Source: an uncultured bacterium
GTDB taxonomy: Bacteria; Krumholzibacteriota; Krumholzibacteriia; JACNKJ01
DNA length: 64,000 nucleotides
Direction: 5' to 3'
Assembly (NCBI GenBank): GCA_964410395.1
Contig: CAYPGS010000018.1
Coordinates: 1-64,000, forward strand
In this document: positions 26,218-35,429 of the stretch, piece by piece
How the letters are laid out: the number at the start of each line of letters is the position of its first letter
How positions within the stretch are numbered: the stretch's first letter is position 1
Translations under genes and position numbers: made by a program
Notes under the pieces: generated by a model
Told to the model about the DNA's origin: nothing
Databases searched by the model: none
The model's input: only the letters and a program-made list of their open reading frames with translations

Positions 26218-26811
26218 ATGCGCACATTGCTCACGGCCCTAATCATCCTCGCCACAAGCAGCTTCGCCGCGGCCGTGGATATCACCATCACACCCCTGGA
26301 GTACGCTCCGGAAGGTCGTTGGTACGAAGGCCCCGAAAGCTTCGAGAACGCCTTCCCCCCTAGCGGGTGGCACCTGAACATCGAGAACTCGTCATACACC
26401 TGGTTCAAGGGCGGAGAGCCGGCCTTCGACGGCGTCCACAGCGCCACCATCTTCGGCGACACCCACGGCAGCTACTCGGACGAGTGGTTGGGCTTCAACT
26501 ACTCCTACACTGCCAACGAGATTCTCACCTTCGCCATGCGTGGCGACCGGACCCTCACCGGCACCTGTTACATGTACATCGGTGAAGATCTGATCCTCGA
26601 CTTCAGCGCAGATTGGCCCCTGAACTGGGACGAATGGGGACTGGTCACCGTGGACCTCGGAACCACGAACTACGTGGGCTTCCCCAACGTGGCATTCGAC
26701 TGGAACTACGTGGGCACCATGGGCCCTACCGTCCGCCTGGACATGGTCGAGATCACGCAGGGCGTCTCGACTGCGGTCGGCGATTGGAGCACGCTGAAGA
26801 CCCTCTACTAG
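26218..26811 (+). CDS. Secreted protein, tail ...DWSTLKTLY
   Basis: Signal peptide MRTLLTALIILATSSFAAA. GGAGG SD. 197 aa. Confidence 0.7.
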   Translation: MRTLLTALIILATSSFAAAVDITITPLEYAPEGRWYEGPESFENAFPPSGWHLNIENSSYTWFKGGEPAFDGVHSATIFGDTHGSYSDEWLGFNYSYTANEILTFAMRGDRTLTGTCYMYIGEDLILDFSADWPLNWDEWGLVTVDLGTTNYVGFPNVAFDWNYVGTMGPTVRLDMVEITQGVSTAVGDWSTLKTLY

Positions 26812-26832
26812 ACCGAGCGGGATTGACGCGCG

Positions 26833-26862
26833 AGGCCCCCGTCCCGGGCGGGGGCCTTTTTC
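26833..26862 (+). terminator. Rho-independent terminator
   Basis: AGGCCCCCG-tcccggg-CGGGGGCCT followed by TTTTT. Confidence 0.8.
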
Positions 26863-27005
26863 GTGGGCCTCGGGCGGCCTCCGGCCACCTTGACATTGGC
26901 CTAAGGCCTTGTATTATTTGACCCTATCCAAATAAGGATCAACTCACCCTAGCTCGGAGGAGTCCCCGTCCGCGGGTAGGACTCCGCCCCGATCAAGGAG
27001 CCGAA

Positions 27006-28424
27006 ATGGCGCGCAAGAGAATCGTCATCATGGGCGCGGCGGGCCGCGACTTCCACAACTTCAACGTCCTCTATCGCGACAACGAGGACTACGAAGTCGT
27101 CGCCTTCACCGCCACGCAGATTCCCGATATCGAAGGCCGCAAGTACCCGGCCGCCCTGGCGGGCGATCTTTATCCCAAGGGCATCCCCATTCTCGCCGAG
27201 GAGGACCTGGGCGACATCATCGTCGAGTACGGCGTGGACGAGGTCGTCTTCGCCTACAGCGACGTGACCCACGAGCATGTGATGCACGCCGCCAGCTTCG
27301 TGAACGCCATGGGCCCGGACTTCCGTCTCATCGGCACCAGCGACACGATGATCGAGAGCAGCAAGCCGGTCATCTCCATCTGCGCCACGCGCACCGGCTG
27401 CGGCAAGAGCCAGACCACCCGCGCGGTGGTCGACGTGCTCAAGAGCATGGGCCTGAAGGTCGTCTCGATCCGCCACCCGATGCCCTACGGCGATCTGGCC
27501 AAGCAGGCCGTGCAGCGTTTCGCCACCCTGGCCGACCTGAAGAAGCACAAGTGCACCATCGAGGAGATGGAGGAGTACGAGCCTCACATCGTCGACGGCA
27601 ACGTGATCTACGCGGGCGTGGACTACGAGGCCATCCTCCGCGAGGCCGAGAAGGAAGCGGACGTCATCCTCTGGGACGGCGGCAACAACGACACCAGCTT
27701 CTACCTTCCCGACCTGCTCATCACCGTGGTGGACCCGCTTCGCCCGGGCCATGAGATCGCCTACTACCCCGGCGAGACCAACCTGCTTCAGGCCGACGTG
27801 GTGGTCATCAACAAGATCGACAGCGCCAGCCTCGACGATATCGAGGACGTGCGCGACACGGTGCGCCAGCTGAATCCCCTGGCCGTGATCGTCGACGCCG
27901 CCAGCCCGGTGAGCGTGGAGGATCCCGAGGTCATCGAGGGCAAGCGCGTGCTCGTGGTCGAGGACGGTCCCACCCTGACCCACGGCGAGATGAAACTCGG
28001 CGCGGGCACCGTGGCCGCCCTCAAGCACGGCGCTCAGCCTGTGGATCCCCGCCCCTACCTGAAGGGCACGCTCATCGACACCTTCGAGAAGTACTCGGAG
28101 ATCGGCGTGCTGCTTCCGGCCATGGGATACGGCGGACAGCAGGTCAAAGACCTCGAGGCCACCATCAAGGCCACCGAGTGCGACGCCGTGGTCATCGGCA
28201 CGCCCATCGATCTGCGCCGCGTGGTGAAGATCGACAAGCCCAGCACCCGCGTGACCTATGAGCTGAACCCCATCGGCCGTCCGGATATCGAGGACGTGGT
28301 CGGCGCCTTCCTCCATCAGTACGCCGAGGAGCACGCTCCGAAGCCCAAGCCGAAGGCGAAGAAGAAGGCCGCCAAGAAAGCCACTAAGAAGACGGCCAAG
28401 AAGAAGACTTCGAAGAAGAAGTAG
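27006..28424 (+). CDS. COG2403-type P-loop protein (GTPase / cyclic 2,3-diphosphoglycerate-synthetase-like) with Lys/Ala-rich C-terminal tail
   Basis: MARKRIVIMGAAGRDFHNFNVLYRDNEDYEVVAFTATQIP... P-loop is CATRTGCGKSQTT. The last ~30 aa are PKPKPKAKKKAAKKATKKTAKKKTSKKK. Confidence 0.7.
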   Translation: MARKRIVIMGAAGRDFHNFNVLYRDNEDYEVVAFTATQIPDIEGRKYPAALAGDLYPKGIPILAEEDLGDIIVEYGVDEVVFAYSDVTHEHVMHAASFVNAMGPDFRLIGTSDTMIESSKPVISICATRTGCGKSQTTRAVVDVLKSMGLKVVSIRHPMPYGDLAKQAVQRFATLADLKKHKCTIEEMEEYEPHIVDGNVIYAGVDYEAILREAEKEADVILWDGGNNDTSFYLPDLLITVVDPLRPGHEIAYYPGETNLLQADVVVINKIDSASLDDIEDVRDTVRQLNPLAVIVDAASPVSVEDPEVIEGKRVLVVEDGPTLTHGEMKLGAGTVAALKHGAQPVDPRPYLKGTLIDTFEKYSEIGVLLPAMGYGGQQVKDLEATIKATECDAVVIGTPIDLRRVVKIDKPSTRVTYELNPIGRPDIEDVVGAFLHQYAEEHAPKPKPKAKKKAAKKATKKTAKKKTSKKK

Positions 28425-28459
28425 AACTTCGAACCTGAACTTGTACGTGAACCTGAACT

Positions 28460-28494
28460 CCCCCCACCCTGCCGGGCGGGGGGGGGTTTCTTTG
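28460..28494 (+). terminator. Rho-independent terminator
   Basis: CCCCCACCC-tgcc-GGGCGGGGG (one mismatch) followed by a G-run and TTTCTTTG. Confidence 0.55.
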
Positions 28495-28520
28495 TCCAAG
28501 TTCATGTCCACGTTCAATAG

Positions 28521-28551
28521 AAAAAGCCGGGACGCCACGCGTCGTCCCGGC
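28521..28551 (-). terminator. Rho-independent terminator of 28608..30050
   Basis: GCCGGGACG-ccacgcgt-CGTCCCGGC with AAAAA on the plus strand (a U-run on the minus strand). Confidence 0.6.
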
Positions 28552-28607
28552 CACCCTTTCCCGCCATCGAATCCACAGCTATTCGGCGGGACCCCCGAGT
28601 GAGAAAC

Positions 28608-30050
28608 CTAGAAGATCTTGCTCAGATCCATCCCCTTCCTGATCGAGGATCGCGTGGCATAGGTGCGGTCCTCCGCCTGCCCGAATATCCGGTAGAGGAA
28701 CCAGCCCGAGTGGATACCGAAGGCTTCCAGCAGCGCACGTTGGGCGTAGCGAAGGGCACCGCCCGCGCCGTGGCCGCGGAAGTACTGCTCGAAAAAAGCC
28801 ATGCGGAAGATGCGCGCCTCGCGGGCGTCGCGGAAGGCGGCCAGGGGCGATAGCACGCGGCGATAGCCGCGGGCAAGCAACCGACCCGCGAAGTCTTCGG
28901 CGTCCACGGGTTCTTCCCATTCGTTGGGCTTCTCCAGGAAGATCAGGTCGCCGCCCCCTTCGCCGTCTTCGCTAAGCAGCTTCTCCCAGGCCTCGATGCC
29001 TTCCGCGTAGAACACCGAATGGACGGACTCCGCGTCGCCATCCTCCACCAATTCGGCGCCGCCGCGATGGAGGAGATTGCGAAGCTCCTGATGAAGTCCG
29101 CTTCGACGTTCCTCTTCCGCGCGAACCTCGATGCGATAGGCCGCGTCGCCGGCCTGTGCACGTCCGCCCAGCACGTAGAAGCTCGAACCGCGAGGGAAGA
29201 TGAAGCGCTCGCCCAGGAAGGTGGAACCGTCCCGGAGCAGCTCCCATGGCAGACGCTGCAGAAGACCCGAACCGAGGACGCGAAGAATCCCCGGCAGGTC
29301 CTCCAGCTCCTCGCCCGGCTCCAGCGCGCCGGTGAAGGCCTTGGACATGGGTGCAGCCAGGAGCCCGAGGGCGTCGTCCAGGGGACGTCCGTCGCGATAG
29401 TCCTCGAGCAGCCTCTCCAGAGCCTGCTCCAGGTCCAGGCCCACGGGCAGCACCGGCCTCAGCGCCCCCTCCAGATTTCCCGCCGCGATCTCACGACCGG
29501 AATCGGGTCGAGGCGCGGCAGCGGCTCCCCGGCGCCGCTGCAGGAAACGCCGAAGATACTCGGCGCGGAGATCGTCTTCCTCCACCAGGAGGCGCAGTCG
29601 GATGCGGCCCTCGCCTTCCTCGTTCCAGCTCTCCCAAAGAGCCTCCACCAGCTCCGTGAAGTCCTCTCCCGCGTCGGCGAACTGGCCTATGGGGAACGCC
29701 AGGTCACGCAGGGCAAGGACACGCGCATGCCGGAAAGAGTCGCCCAGGCGCTTGCGTAGCAGCTTCCTGCTCGCTTCGCCCTGTGCGGGAAGGCTGAGAT
29801 GCAGAAGGAAACGCAGGGGCAGCATGCCGGCCGATGTCAGTCGGATGTCGCGATCCTCGGGATACTCCCTCAGCTGGGCGAGCACGCCGGGGGCGCCCTC
29901 TTCCAGCAAGGACGGCAGAACGCCTTCGTCTCCACGCCAGGGAAGGACGAGAGCGTCTGCAGACACTTCGCGCGGATCGCGCAGGGCGACTTCGACACCG
30001 GGTCGAGTTTTATCGAGGAGTTTCGGGCACATACGCCCGACGGAGAGCAA
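28608..30050 (-). CDS. Hypothetical protein: degenerate macro-like N-terminus plus CHAT-like C-terminus lacking an obvious catalytic Cys
   Basis: 480 aa. N-terminal pattern SADALVLP...IRLTSAGMLPLRFLLHLSLP...RDLAFPIGQF. C-terminal LQRLPWELL ... ALRYAQRALLEAFGIHSGWFLYRIFGQ resembles the end of a CHAT domain. Start uncertain (TTG 30050 or ATG 30032). Confidence 0.4.
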   Translation of the reverse strand: MLSVGRMCPKLLDKTRPGVEVALRDPREVSADALVLPWRGDEGVLPSLLEEGAPGVLAQLREYPEDRDIRLTSAGMLPLRFLLHLSLPAQGEASRKLLRKRLGDSFRHARVLALRDLAFPIGQFADAGEDFTELVEALWESWNEEGEGRIRLRLLVEEDDLRAEYLRRFLQRRRGAAAAPRPDSGREIAAGNLEGALRPVLPVGLDLEQALERLLEDYRDGRPLDDALGLLAAPMSKAFTGALEPGEELEDLPGILRVLGSGLLQRLPWELLRDGSTFLGERFIFPRGSSFYVLGGRAQAGDAAYRIEVRAEEERRSGLHQELRNLLHRGGAELVEDGDAESVHSVFYAEGIEAWEKLLSEDGEGGGDLIFLEKPNEWEEPVDAEDFAGRLLARGYRRVLSPLAAFRDAREARIFRMAFFEQYFRGHGAGGALRYAQRALLEAFGIHSGWFLYRIFGQAEDRTYATRSSIRKGMDLSKIF

Positions 30051-30256
30051 GGAAAGTGACAGGCCGCGTTCGGTTTATGGCAAGGATTCAGGACGCGGCG
30101 GTCCGCGCTGCGAGGACGATTGTCCCAAACGGAGACGGCTTCATCAGGATTGCCGCGACTTCCTCGACGGGCGGATTTCGACCAGTGACGACCTGCGAAA
30201 TCCCGCCGCAGCCAGAGGAGGGTTTCTAGGGAAAAGGAGCGCCGCTTGGCTCCGCG

Positions 30257-31066
30257 CTAGAATTCCTCTACCCGCGAAATTTCTTTGGCCGAACCGAACT
30301 CGAATCGCCGTTCACCGCAGATTTCCGAGCTCACGCGGCATCGGAAGCAGGCAGATTTTACATCGCAGATGGAAGAAAGTCCTATGCGCTCATCGCCGGT
30401 GGCGAAGATCTCGAGCAGGAAGTCCACTTCCTCCACGCTTCGTCCGGATGCGGCGGCCATGTCCACGATGGCCTTCTCGATTCCTTCGAGGTCGAGAGAT
30501 CCGTCGACGAGGTCATTCATCCGCGATACAACCCTTCGCACGGCGGGCTGGGAGCCGGGCTTGCGGCGGCCCATCTCGCGGGCGAACTCGCGGGTCGCAT
30601 CTTCGGAGAGATAGCTGAACATCTCTTCCATGCCCGCGGCGAGGTCTTCCTCGCTTTCGAAGGACTCGACGAGATCGGACAGGGAGCCGAAGTCACCCTG
30701 AAGCATCACGGCCGTGCGGGCGTTCTTGGCCACCGAGCGGATCTGCTGAAGGTTGAGTCCGAGGCTCTCGTCCGCGGCCATGACCTTCTTGTCCTTCTCC
30801 TCCATTTCCGCGAGCACCTGCAGATTTCCGAGCTTCTCCCGGATCATGGGCTGCATGGCGTGGGAATACTTGAAGCGATTGAAACCAAAGCGCAGCATCT
30901 GAAGTACGATGGACATCCAAATCTCATCGTCACTGGTCTTGGCCGCCTCCCAGCGAGCCACTTCGTCCTGCACGAAAGCCTGCGGATCGGGGGTCTCGTC
31001 GCCCAAGCTGTCTTCACGAAGGGTTTCGACGATCTCCTCATAGAGCTTCTTCAAGCGAGCATCCAT
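30257..31066 (-). CDS. Hypothetical acidic cytoplasmic protein
   Basis: Coding-like ORF. Start uncertain (ATG 31066 with a weak GGAG, or 31108). No family recognised. Confidence 0.45.
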   Translation of the reverse strand: MDARLKKLYEEIVETLREDSLGDETPDPQAFVQDEVARWEAAKTSDDEIWMSIVLQMLRFGFNRFKYSHAMQPMIREKLGNLQVLAEMEEKDKKVMAADESLGLNLQQIRSVAKNARTAVMLQGDFGSLSDLVESFESEEDLAAGMEEMFSYLSEDATREFAREMGRRKPGSQPAVRRVVSRMNDLVDGSLDLEGIEKAIVDMAAASGRSVEEVDFLLEIFATGDERIGLSSICDVKSACFRCRVSSEICGERRFEFGSAKEISRVEEF

Positions 31067-31239
31067 GACACACTCCGACATAGCGTCTTGGGTGAAAGCA
31101 AAATGCATTGGGAAATTGATGAACGGAAGGTGCGCATACTATAGGCAATTCCCCGGGCGGATGCCAGAGGAAAGCCACGGCCTTGCCAGGCCCCCTGGCC
31201 CATGCTAGATTCCGCGCGACCTTGTCCCAGAGGTGGAGA

Positions 31240-32256
31240 ATGAGCCTAAAAACGACCCTGGCCCTGCTGGTTCCACTCGCCCTGATGCTGACGGCCGGGC
31301 CCCTGGCGGCCGAGGGTAAGGTGGATGCCCACAGCCGTCTGCAGGAACTGGCCAAGAAGGCCAAGAAGAGCGGTGAGGAGGCCTCCGAGGCCCTCGAGGC
31401 CGTGGATCTGCCGGAGGGCGTGATCCGGTTCACCTCGAACTCGGCCCGCCAGTCCATGCCCGACTGGGACCCCAGCGGAGAGTGGATCTATTTCGCCGAA
31501 AAGGGCGGCGGACCCAGTCGCATCATGCGCCAGGCTCTGAGCGAGGCCGAAGCCGACACCGTAGTCGCCGCTTCCTATTTCAATTCCTCGCAGCCGGCCG
31601 TCTCCCCGGATGGCGAGTTTCTCGCCTACCAGACCCGCAAGCTCGACACGGCCAATTCGGTTTGGATCCGCCGTCTGGCGGACGGCGTCGAAGGCAAGCT
31701 CGTCGACGACCAGGAGACCATCGAGAGCGGACCGGCCTGGAACAAGCTGGGCGGGAAACTCTACTTCAACCGCAAGACCACGAACTCCGAGTATCATCGA
31801 GCCGTGAGCTGTCTCAAGAACGGTGACGCCCTCAAGGTCGTCGGTCGTGAGCAGGGCAGCTACTTCAATCCATCCGTGAACGAGGACGGCAGCGAGGTGG
31901 CCTGGCTGCACCGGCTGGGACGCGAATCGAAAATCGTGATCATGAACGTCGAACTGACCGCCCTCTCCCGCGAGGTGATCACTCCCGGCTACACGGTGGC
32001 CTCCATGGATTGGCTTCCCGATGGTCGCCGGATGGTCGTGTCCTACATGGACAACAGCAACCCCGATCACGGCTTCGACCTCGGCGTGCTGGATCTCGGT
32101 AGTGGAAGCATCGAGGCCCTGCTCGACCTCGGCCACTACGATTCGGATCCCTGCGTCTCGCCGGACGGCCGGAAGGTGGTATTCGTGGCGAATCCGAAGA
32201 AGCAGCAGGATCTCTACATTCTCAGCCTACCCGCGCAGTTCATTTCGGAGGACTAG
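31240..32256 (+). CDS. TolB-like periplasmic beta-propeller (PD40 repeats)
   Basis: AGGTGGAG SD and ATG 31240. Signal peptide [24 protein letters not shown]. Repeats [42 protein letters not shown]. Confidence 0.75.
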   Translation: MSLKTTLALLVPLALMLTAGPLAAEGKVDAHSRLQELAKKAKKSGEEASEALEAVDLPEGVIRFTSNSARQSMPDWDPSGEWIYFAEKGGGPSRIMRQALSEAEADTVVAASYFNSSQPAVSPDGEFLAYQTRKLDTANSVWIRRLADGVEGKLVDDQETIESGPAWNKLGGKLYFNRKTTNSEYHRAVSCLKNGDALKVVGREQGSYFNPSVNEDGSEVAWLHRLGRESKIVIMNVELTALSREVITPGYTVASMDWLPDGRRMVVSYMDNSNPDHGFDLGVLDLGSGSIEALLDLGHYDSDPCVSPDGRKVVFVANPKKQQDLYILSLPAQFISED

Positions 32257-32257
32257 G

Positions 32258-33022
32258 GTGCCCGACTCGCAAAAAGTCATCGTGGTCATGCCGGCCTACA
32301 ACGCCGAGAGCACACTCGAGCGCACCCTGCGCGACATCCCCGCCGGCAGCGTGGACGAGGTCATCCTCGTGGACGACTGCAGCGCCGACAACACGGTGGA
32401 GCTGGCGAGAAGCCTCGGCATCACCGTCATCGAGCACGACGAGAACCGCGGCTACGGGGCCAACCAGAAGACCTGCTATCGCGAGGCCCTGGATCGTGGC
32501 GCGGACATCGTGGTGATGATCCATCCGGACTATCAGTATGACGCGAGCCTGGTGCCCGCCATCGTCGAACTGCTGCAGGGCGATCACTGCGACGTGATTC
32601 TCGGCAACCGGATCCGCTCCAGGCGGGAAGCTCTGGACGGCGGCATGCCCGTGTACAAGTATCTCGCCAATCGCCTGCTCACCATCGTCGAGAATCTCTG
32701 GACCGGCGAGAACCTGGGCGAGTGGCACTCGGGCCTGCGCGCCTACAAGCGCGAGGTCCTGGAGATGCTGCCCTGGGAGCTCAACAGCGACGACTTCGTC
32801 TTCGACAGTCAGTTCCTCGTGCAATGCGTGCACTTCGGTTTCCGCATCGGCGACCTGCCGGTGCCGGTGCGCTACATGCGCGAGGCCAGCAGCATCAACT
32901 TCACCCGCAGCATGGAATACGGAATGCTTACCCTCGAGGTCTTCGTGCGCTGGACCCTGCACAAGTGGAAATGGCGCAAGGACAGCCTCTTCACCGAGGA
33001 GGCGGCGAGCCCGCCGCTCTAG
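32258..33022 (+). CDS. Family-2 glycosyltransferase (polyprenol-phosphate sugar transferase-like)
   Basis: [23 protein letters not shown]...[15 protein letters not shown]...[12 protein letters not shown] 32258 lies directly after the upstream stop. Confidence 0.8.
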   Translation: MPDSQKVIVVMPAYNAESTLERTLRDIPAGSVDEVILVDDCSADNTVELARSLGITVIEHDENRGYGANQKTCYREALDRGADIVVMIHPDYQYDASLVPAIVELLQGDHCDVILGNRIRSRREALDGGMPVYKYLANRLLTIVENLWTGENLGEWHSGLRAYKREVLEMLPWELNSDDFVFDSQFLVQCVHFGFRIGDLPVPVRYMREASSINFTRSMEYGMLTLEVFVRWTLHKWKWRKDSLFTEEAASPPL

Positions 33023-33045
33023 TTTCCTGCGATCGCGATAAATGT

Positions 33046-33051
33046 TATAAT
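33046..33051 (+). promoter_or_regulatory. Possible extended -10 promoter element (TGtTATAAT)
   Basis: aaaTGtTATAATcc lies 28 nt upstream of ATG 33079. The paralogue at 42670 also has TATAAT about 30 nt upstream and the same GGATGTGATG start context. Confidence 0.35.
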
Positions 33052-33078
33052 CCCCTCGCCCCGAGCGAGGAGGATGTG

Positions 33079-33660
33079 ATGAGGTATTTGGCGATTGCCT
33101 TCCTATTGATTCCCGCCGTCGTTCAGGCCAACTCCATCGGAGTCTACAACCTGGGCGGCCCCTACGATCCCGGCGGCGGCTGAGGCAGCGGTTGGCACTG
33201 CGGGACGGTCGTCCCCTACGTACCCACCGATCTGGTCGTCGTCGCGAATTTCACGCTTGAAGAGGGCATCACGGCCGCCGAGTTCAGAATCGACAATCTC
33301 CCCACCAATGACGGATATCCTTCCGGAACGGTCACCGTGAGCTCCACCTCCGACCTGGTCATCGGTGACTTGTGGTGGGATTTCTCCATCGCATGGTCCG
33401 AGCCCGTCGGGGCCGGCCTGGGCTACGCGGTCATCGCCGAGATCGAATTGCTCATGTTCGATCCGGCCTGGATCGGTTCGGACCGATGGCTCCAGGTTGC
33501 GCCGGGCTACGACTGCGACTGCCTGGTACTCGTCGACTCGATGTTCGATACCCATGATGCCTGGGGAGACACCATGATCCTGAACTGCAATGCCGATTGC
33601 TGGATGTGCCTGACGGCCACGGCGGAAAGCAGCTGGTCGGAAGTGAAGTTGCTCTACTAG
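33079..33660 (+). CDS. Secreted protein (paralogue of 42098..42670), interrupted by an in-frame TGA at 33181..33183; tail ...SSWSEVKLLY
   Basis: GAGGAGGA SD, ATG 33079 and signal peptide MRYLAIAFLLIPAVVQA are in the same frame as track ORF 33337..33660. A single TGA lies between them. Homology to the paralogue spans both sides of the TGA. Confidence 0.6.
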
Positions 33661-34133
33661 ATTCCGAACCAGTGTCCCATCAGAGGTGTGCCCGCGTAAC
33701 GCAGAATCAGCGTGACCAGGGCCATCGAGAAAGAGAATGGCGCGGTGAAGCGCATCAGGGGCATGAGCCGCGCCAATACCAGGGCCAGCACGAAGATCAG
33801 GATGATGGCCAGTGGCCCGACGAAGGCGCCCACCATGGCGATGAGGGCGTAGTCCTCGCCCAGCAGTTTCTCCTTTTCCGGCCGGTCCCCCGACAGTCCC
33901 CTCATGAGGCCCGGCACCAGGGCCAGGATTCCCGAGACCAGGTAGCCCGCCACGATTCCCAGGCCCGAGTGTGACCAGGCGAAATCCGGCGTACGGATCA
34001 GGTAGATGGTCGACAGCACGGCCAGCACCATGCCGAGATAGCTGATCCAGTAGGGCAGCCGCCCGCGTTTCCAGTCATTGGCCAGCAGGGCGCCCAGAAG
34101 GGCGAGGAAGACGATTTCGCGGACGAAAATCAT
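33657..34133 (-). CDS. A24-family (prepilin/preflagellin peptidase-like) membrane protein
   Basis: Polytopic membrane protein. First Asp context LANDWKRGRLPYW and second LLGEDYALIAMVGAFVG resemble the two catalytic-Asp motifs of A24 peptidases. Start ATG 34133 (GGAG SD) or GTG 34163. Confidence 0.5.
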   Translation of the reverse strand: MIFVREIVFLALLGALLANDWKRGRLPYWISYLGMVLAVLSTIYLIRTPDFAWSHSGLGIVAGYLVSGILALVPGLMRGLSGDRPEKEKLLGEDYALIAMVGAFVGPLAIILIFVLALVLARLMPLMRFTAPFSFSMALVTLILRYAGTPLMGHWFGI

Positions 34134-34313
34134 GACGGTCTCCAAGGGGGAGCAGCCAGCCACCAGCGGCCAGCTGCCAGCCAGATCATACTAAACCCAG
34201 GGATCTCGGCAATAGGGAAGACCAGTGCCCAGGAATCAAAAACCCCTTGCAGGATACGGGGCCCTCACCTAGTGTGCCGGAAGTTTAAGCGAACCCCACC
34301 CCGACTGGACTCG

Positions 34314-35429
34314 ATGCAGGCCACCATCGCTCTCGAAAACGGCCGCGTTTTCCGCGGTCGATTGCTGGGCGCGCCGCGCGAAGCGGGCGGGGAACTCGTT
34401 TTCCACACCGGGATGACCGGCTACCAGGAAATCCTCACCGATCCGAGCTACGCTGGCCAGATCGTCCTCTTCACCGCCTCCCACATCGGCAACTACGGCA
34501 TCCAGGCCGGGGATGACGAGTCCCGCCGCATCCAGCCCGCGGCCATGGTGGTGCGCGACTTCTGCCGCCGCAGCTTCCACCGACGTTCCGAGCGCGGGCT
34601 CGACGAGGTCTTGCGGCGCGCCGGCGTACCCGCCCTGTCCGACGTCGACACCCGCGCCCTGGTGCACCTCATCCGCGAGGAGGGCAACCTTCGCGCATGG
34701 ATCGGCCATGGGGATCCCGAGAATCTCGTCGAGAAAGCTCGGGCCCTGCCTCCCATGGGCGAGGTGGACTGGGTATCCCGAGTGACCAGCCGGGAGCCCT
34801 GGGCCCTGGAACCCGAGGGGGATACGTCCGAACCCTGGGAAGTGGCGGTGCTCGATCTGGGCGTGAAGAGGAGCATCCTCGACAGCCTTGCGGCGAGGGG
34901 ATGCCGCCTGCGGATCTATCCCGCCGGCACCGATATCGACTCATTGACGTCCCCTCCCACGGAGGGGATTTTCATTAGCAACGGTCCCGGCGATCCGGCT
35001 TCGCTGCCTTGGGTGGTGGCCAGCGTCGAGAAGCTCCTGGAGTCGGAACTGCCCCTCTTCGGCATCTGCCTGGGCCACCAGGTGCTCGCCCGCGCCCTGG
35101 GTGCCCGGACCGAGCGCCTGCCCTTCGGACACCATGGGGCAAATCATCCCGTGCAACGCCTGTCGGACGGACGGGTCGAGATCAGCAGCCAGAATCACAA
35201 TTACTGCGTGCCGCGAGAATCCCTGGTGGGCACCGGCGCCGAGGTGACCCACCTCAGCCTCAACGATCACAGCGTCGAGGGACTGGAACTGCCGGGCCGT
35301 CCGGTCTATTCGGTGCAGTATCACCCCGAAGCGGCTCCCGGACCCAGCGACAGCCTCTACCTCTTCGATCGATTCATCCGTGAGATGCGTGCGCGTAGGA
35401 ATGCGATTGCCCAAGGAAAGGGTGCCTGA
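34314..35429 (+). CDS. carA: Carbamoyl-phosphate synthase small (glutaminase) subunit
   Basis: [15 protein letters not shown]...[23 protein letters not shown]...[12 protein letters not shown] (catalytic Cys)...[11 protein letters not shown]. Confidence 0.95.
   Translation: MQATIALENGRVFRGRLLGAPREAGGELVFHTGMTGYQEILTDPSYAGQIVLFTASHIGNYGIQAGDDESRRIQPAAMVVRDFCRRSFHRRSERGLDEVLRRAGVPALSDVDTRALVHLIREEGNLRAWIGHGDPENLVEKARALPPMGEVDWVSRVTSREPWALEPEGDTSEPWEVAVLDLGVKRSILDSLAARGCRLRIYPAGTDIDSLTSPPTEGIFISNGPGDPASLPWVVASVEKLLESELPLFGICLGHQVLARALGARTERLPFGHHGANHPVQRLSDGRVEISSQNHNYCVPRESLVGTGAEVTHLSLNDHSVEGLELPGRPVYSVQYHPEAAPGPSDSLYLFDRFIREMRARRNAIAQGKGA

Noticed and set aside
28430-28460. GAACCTGAAC-type repeat shared with 12803..12832 (14-mer ACGTGAACCTGAAC)
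   Set aside because: One copy is inside the exonuclease coding sequence, and a handful of 14-mer coincidences are expected in 64 kb. The 28.4-kb copy is better explained as the outer stem of the terminator region.
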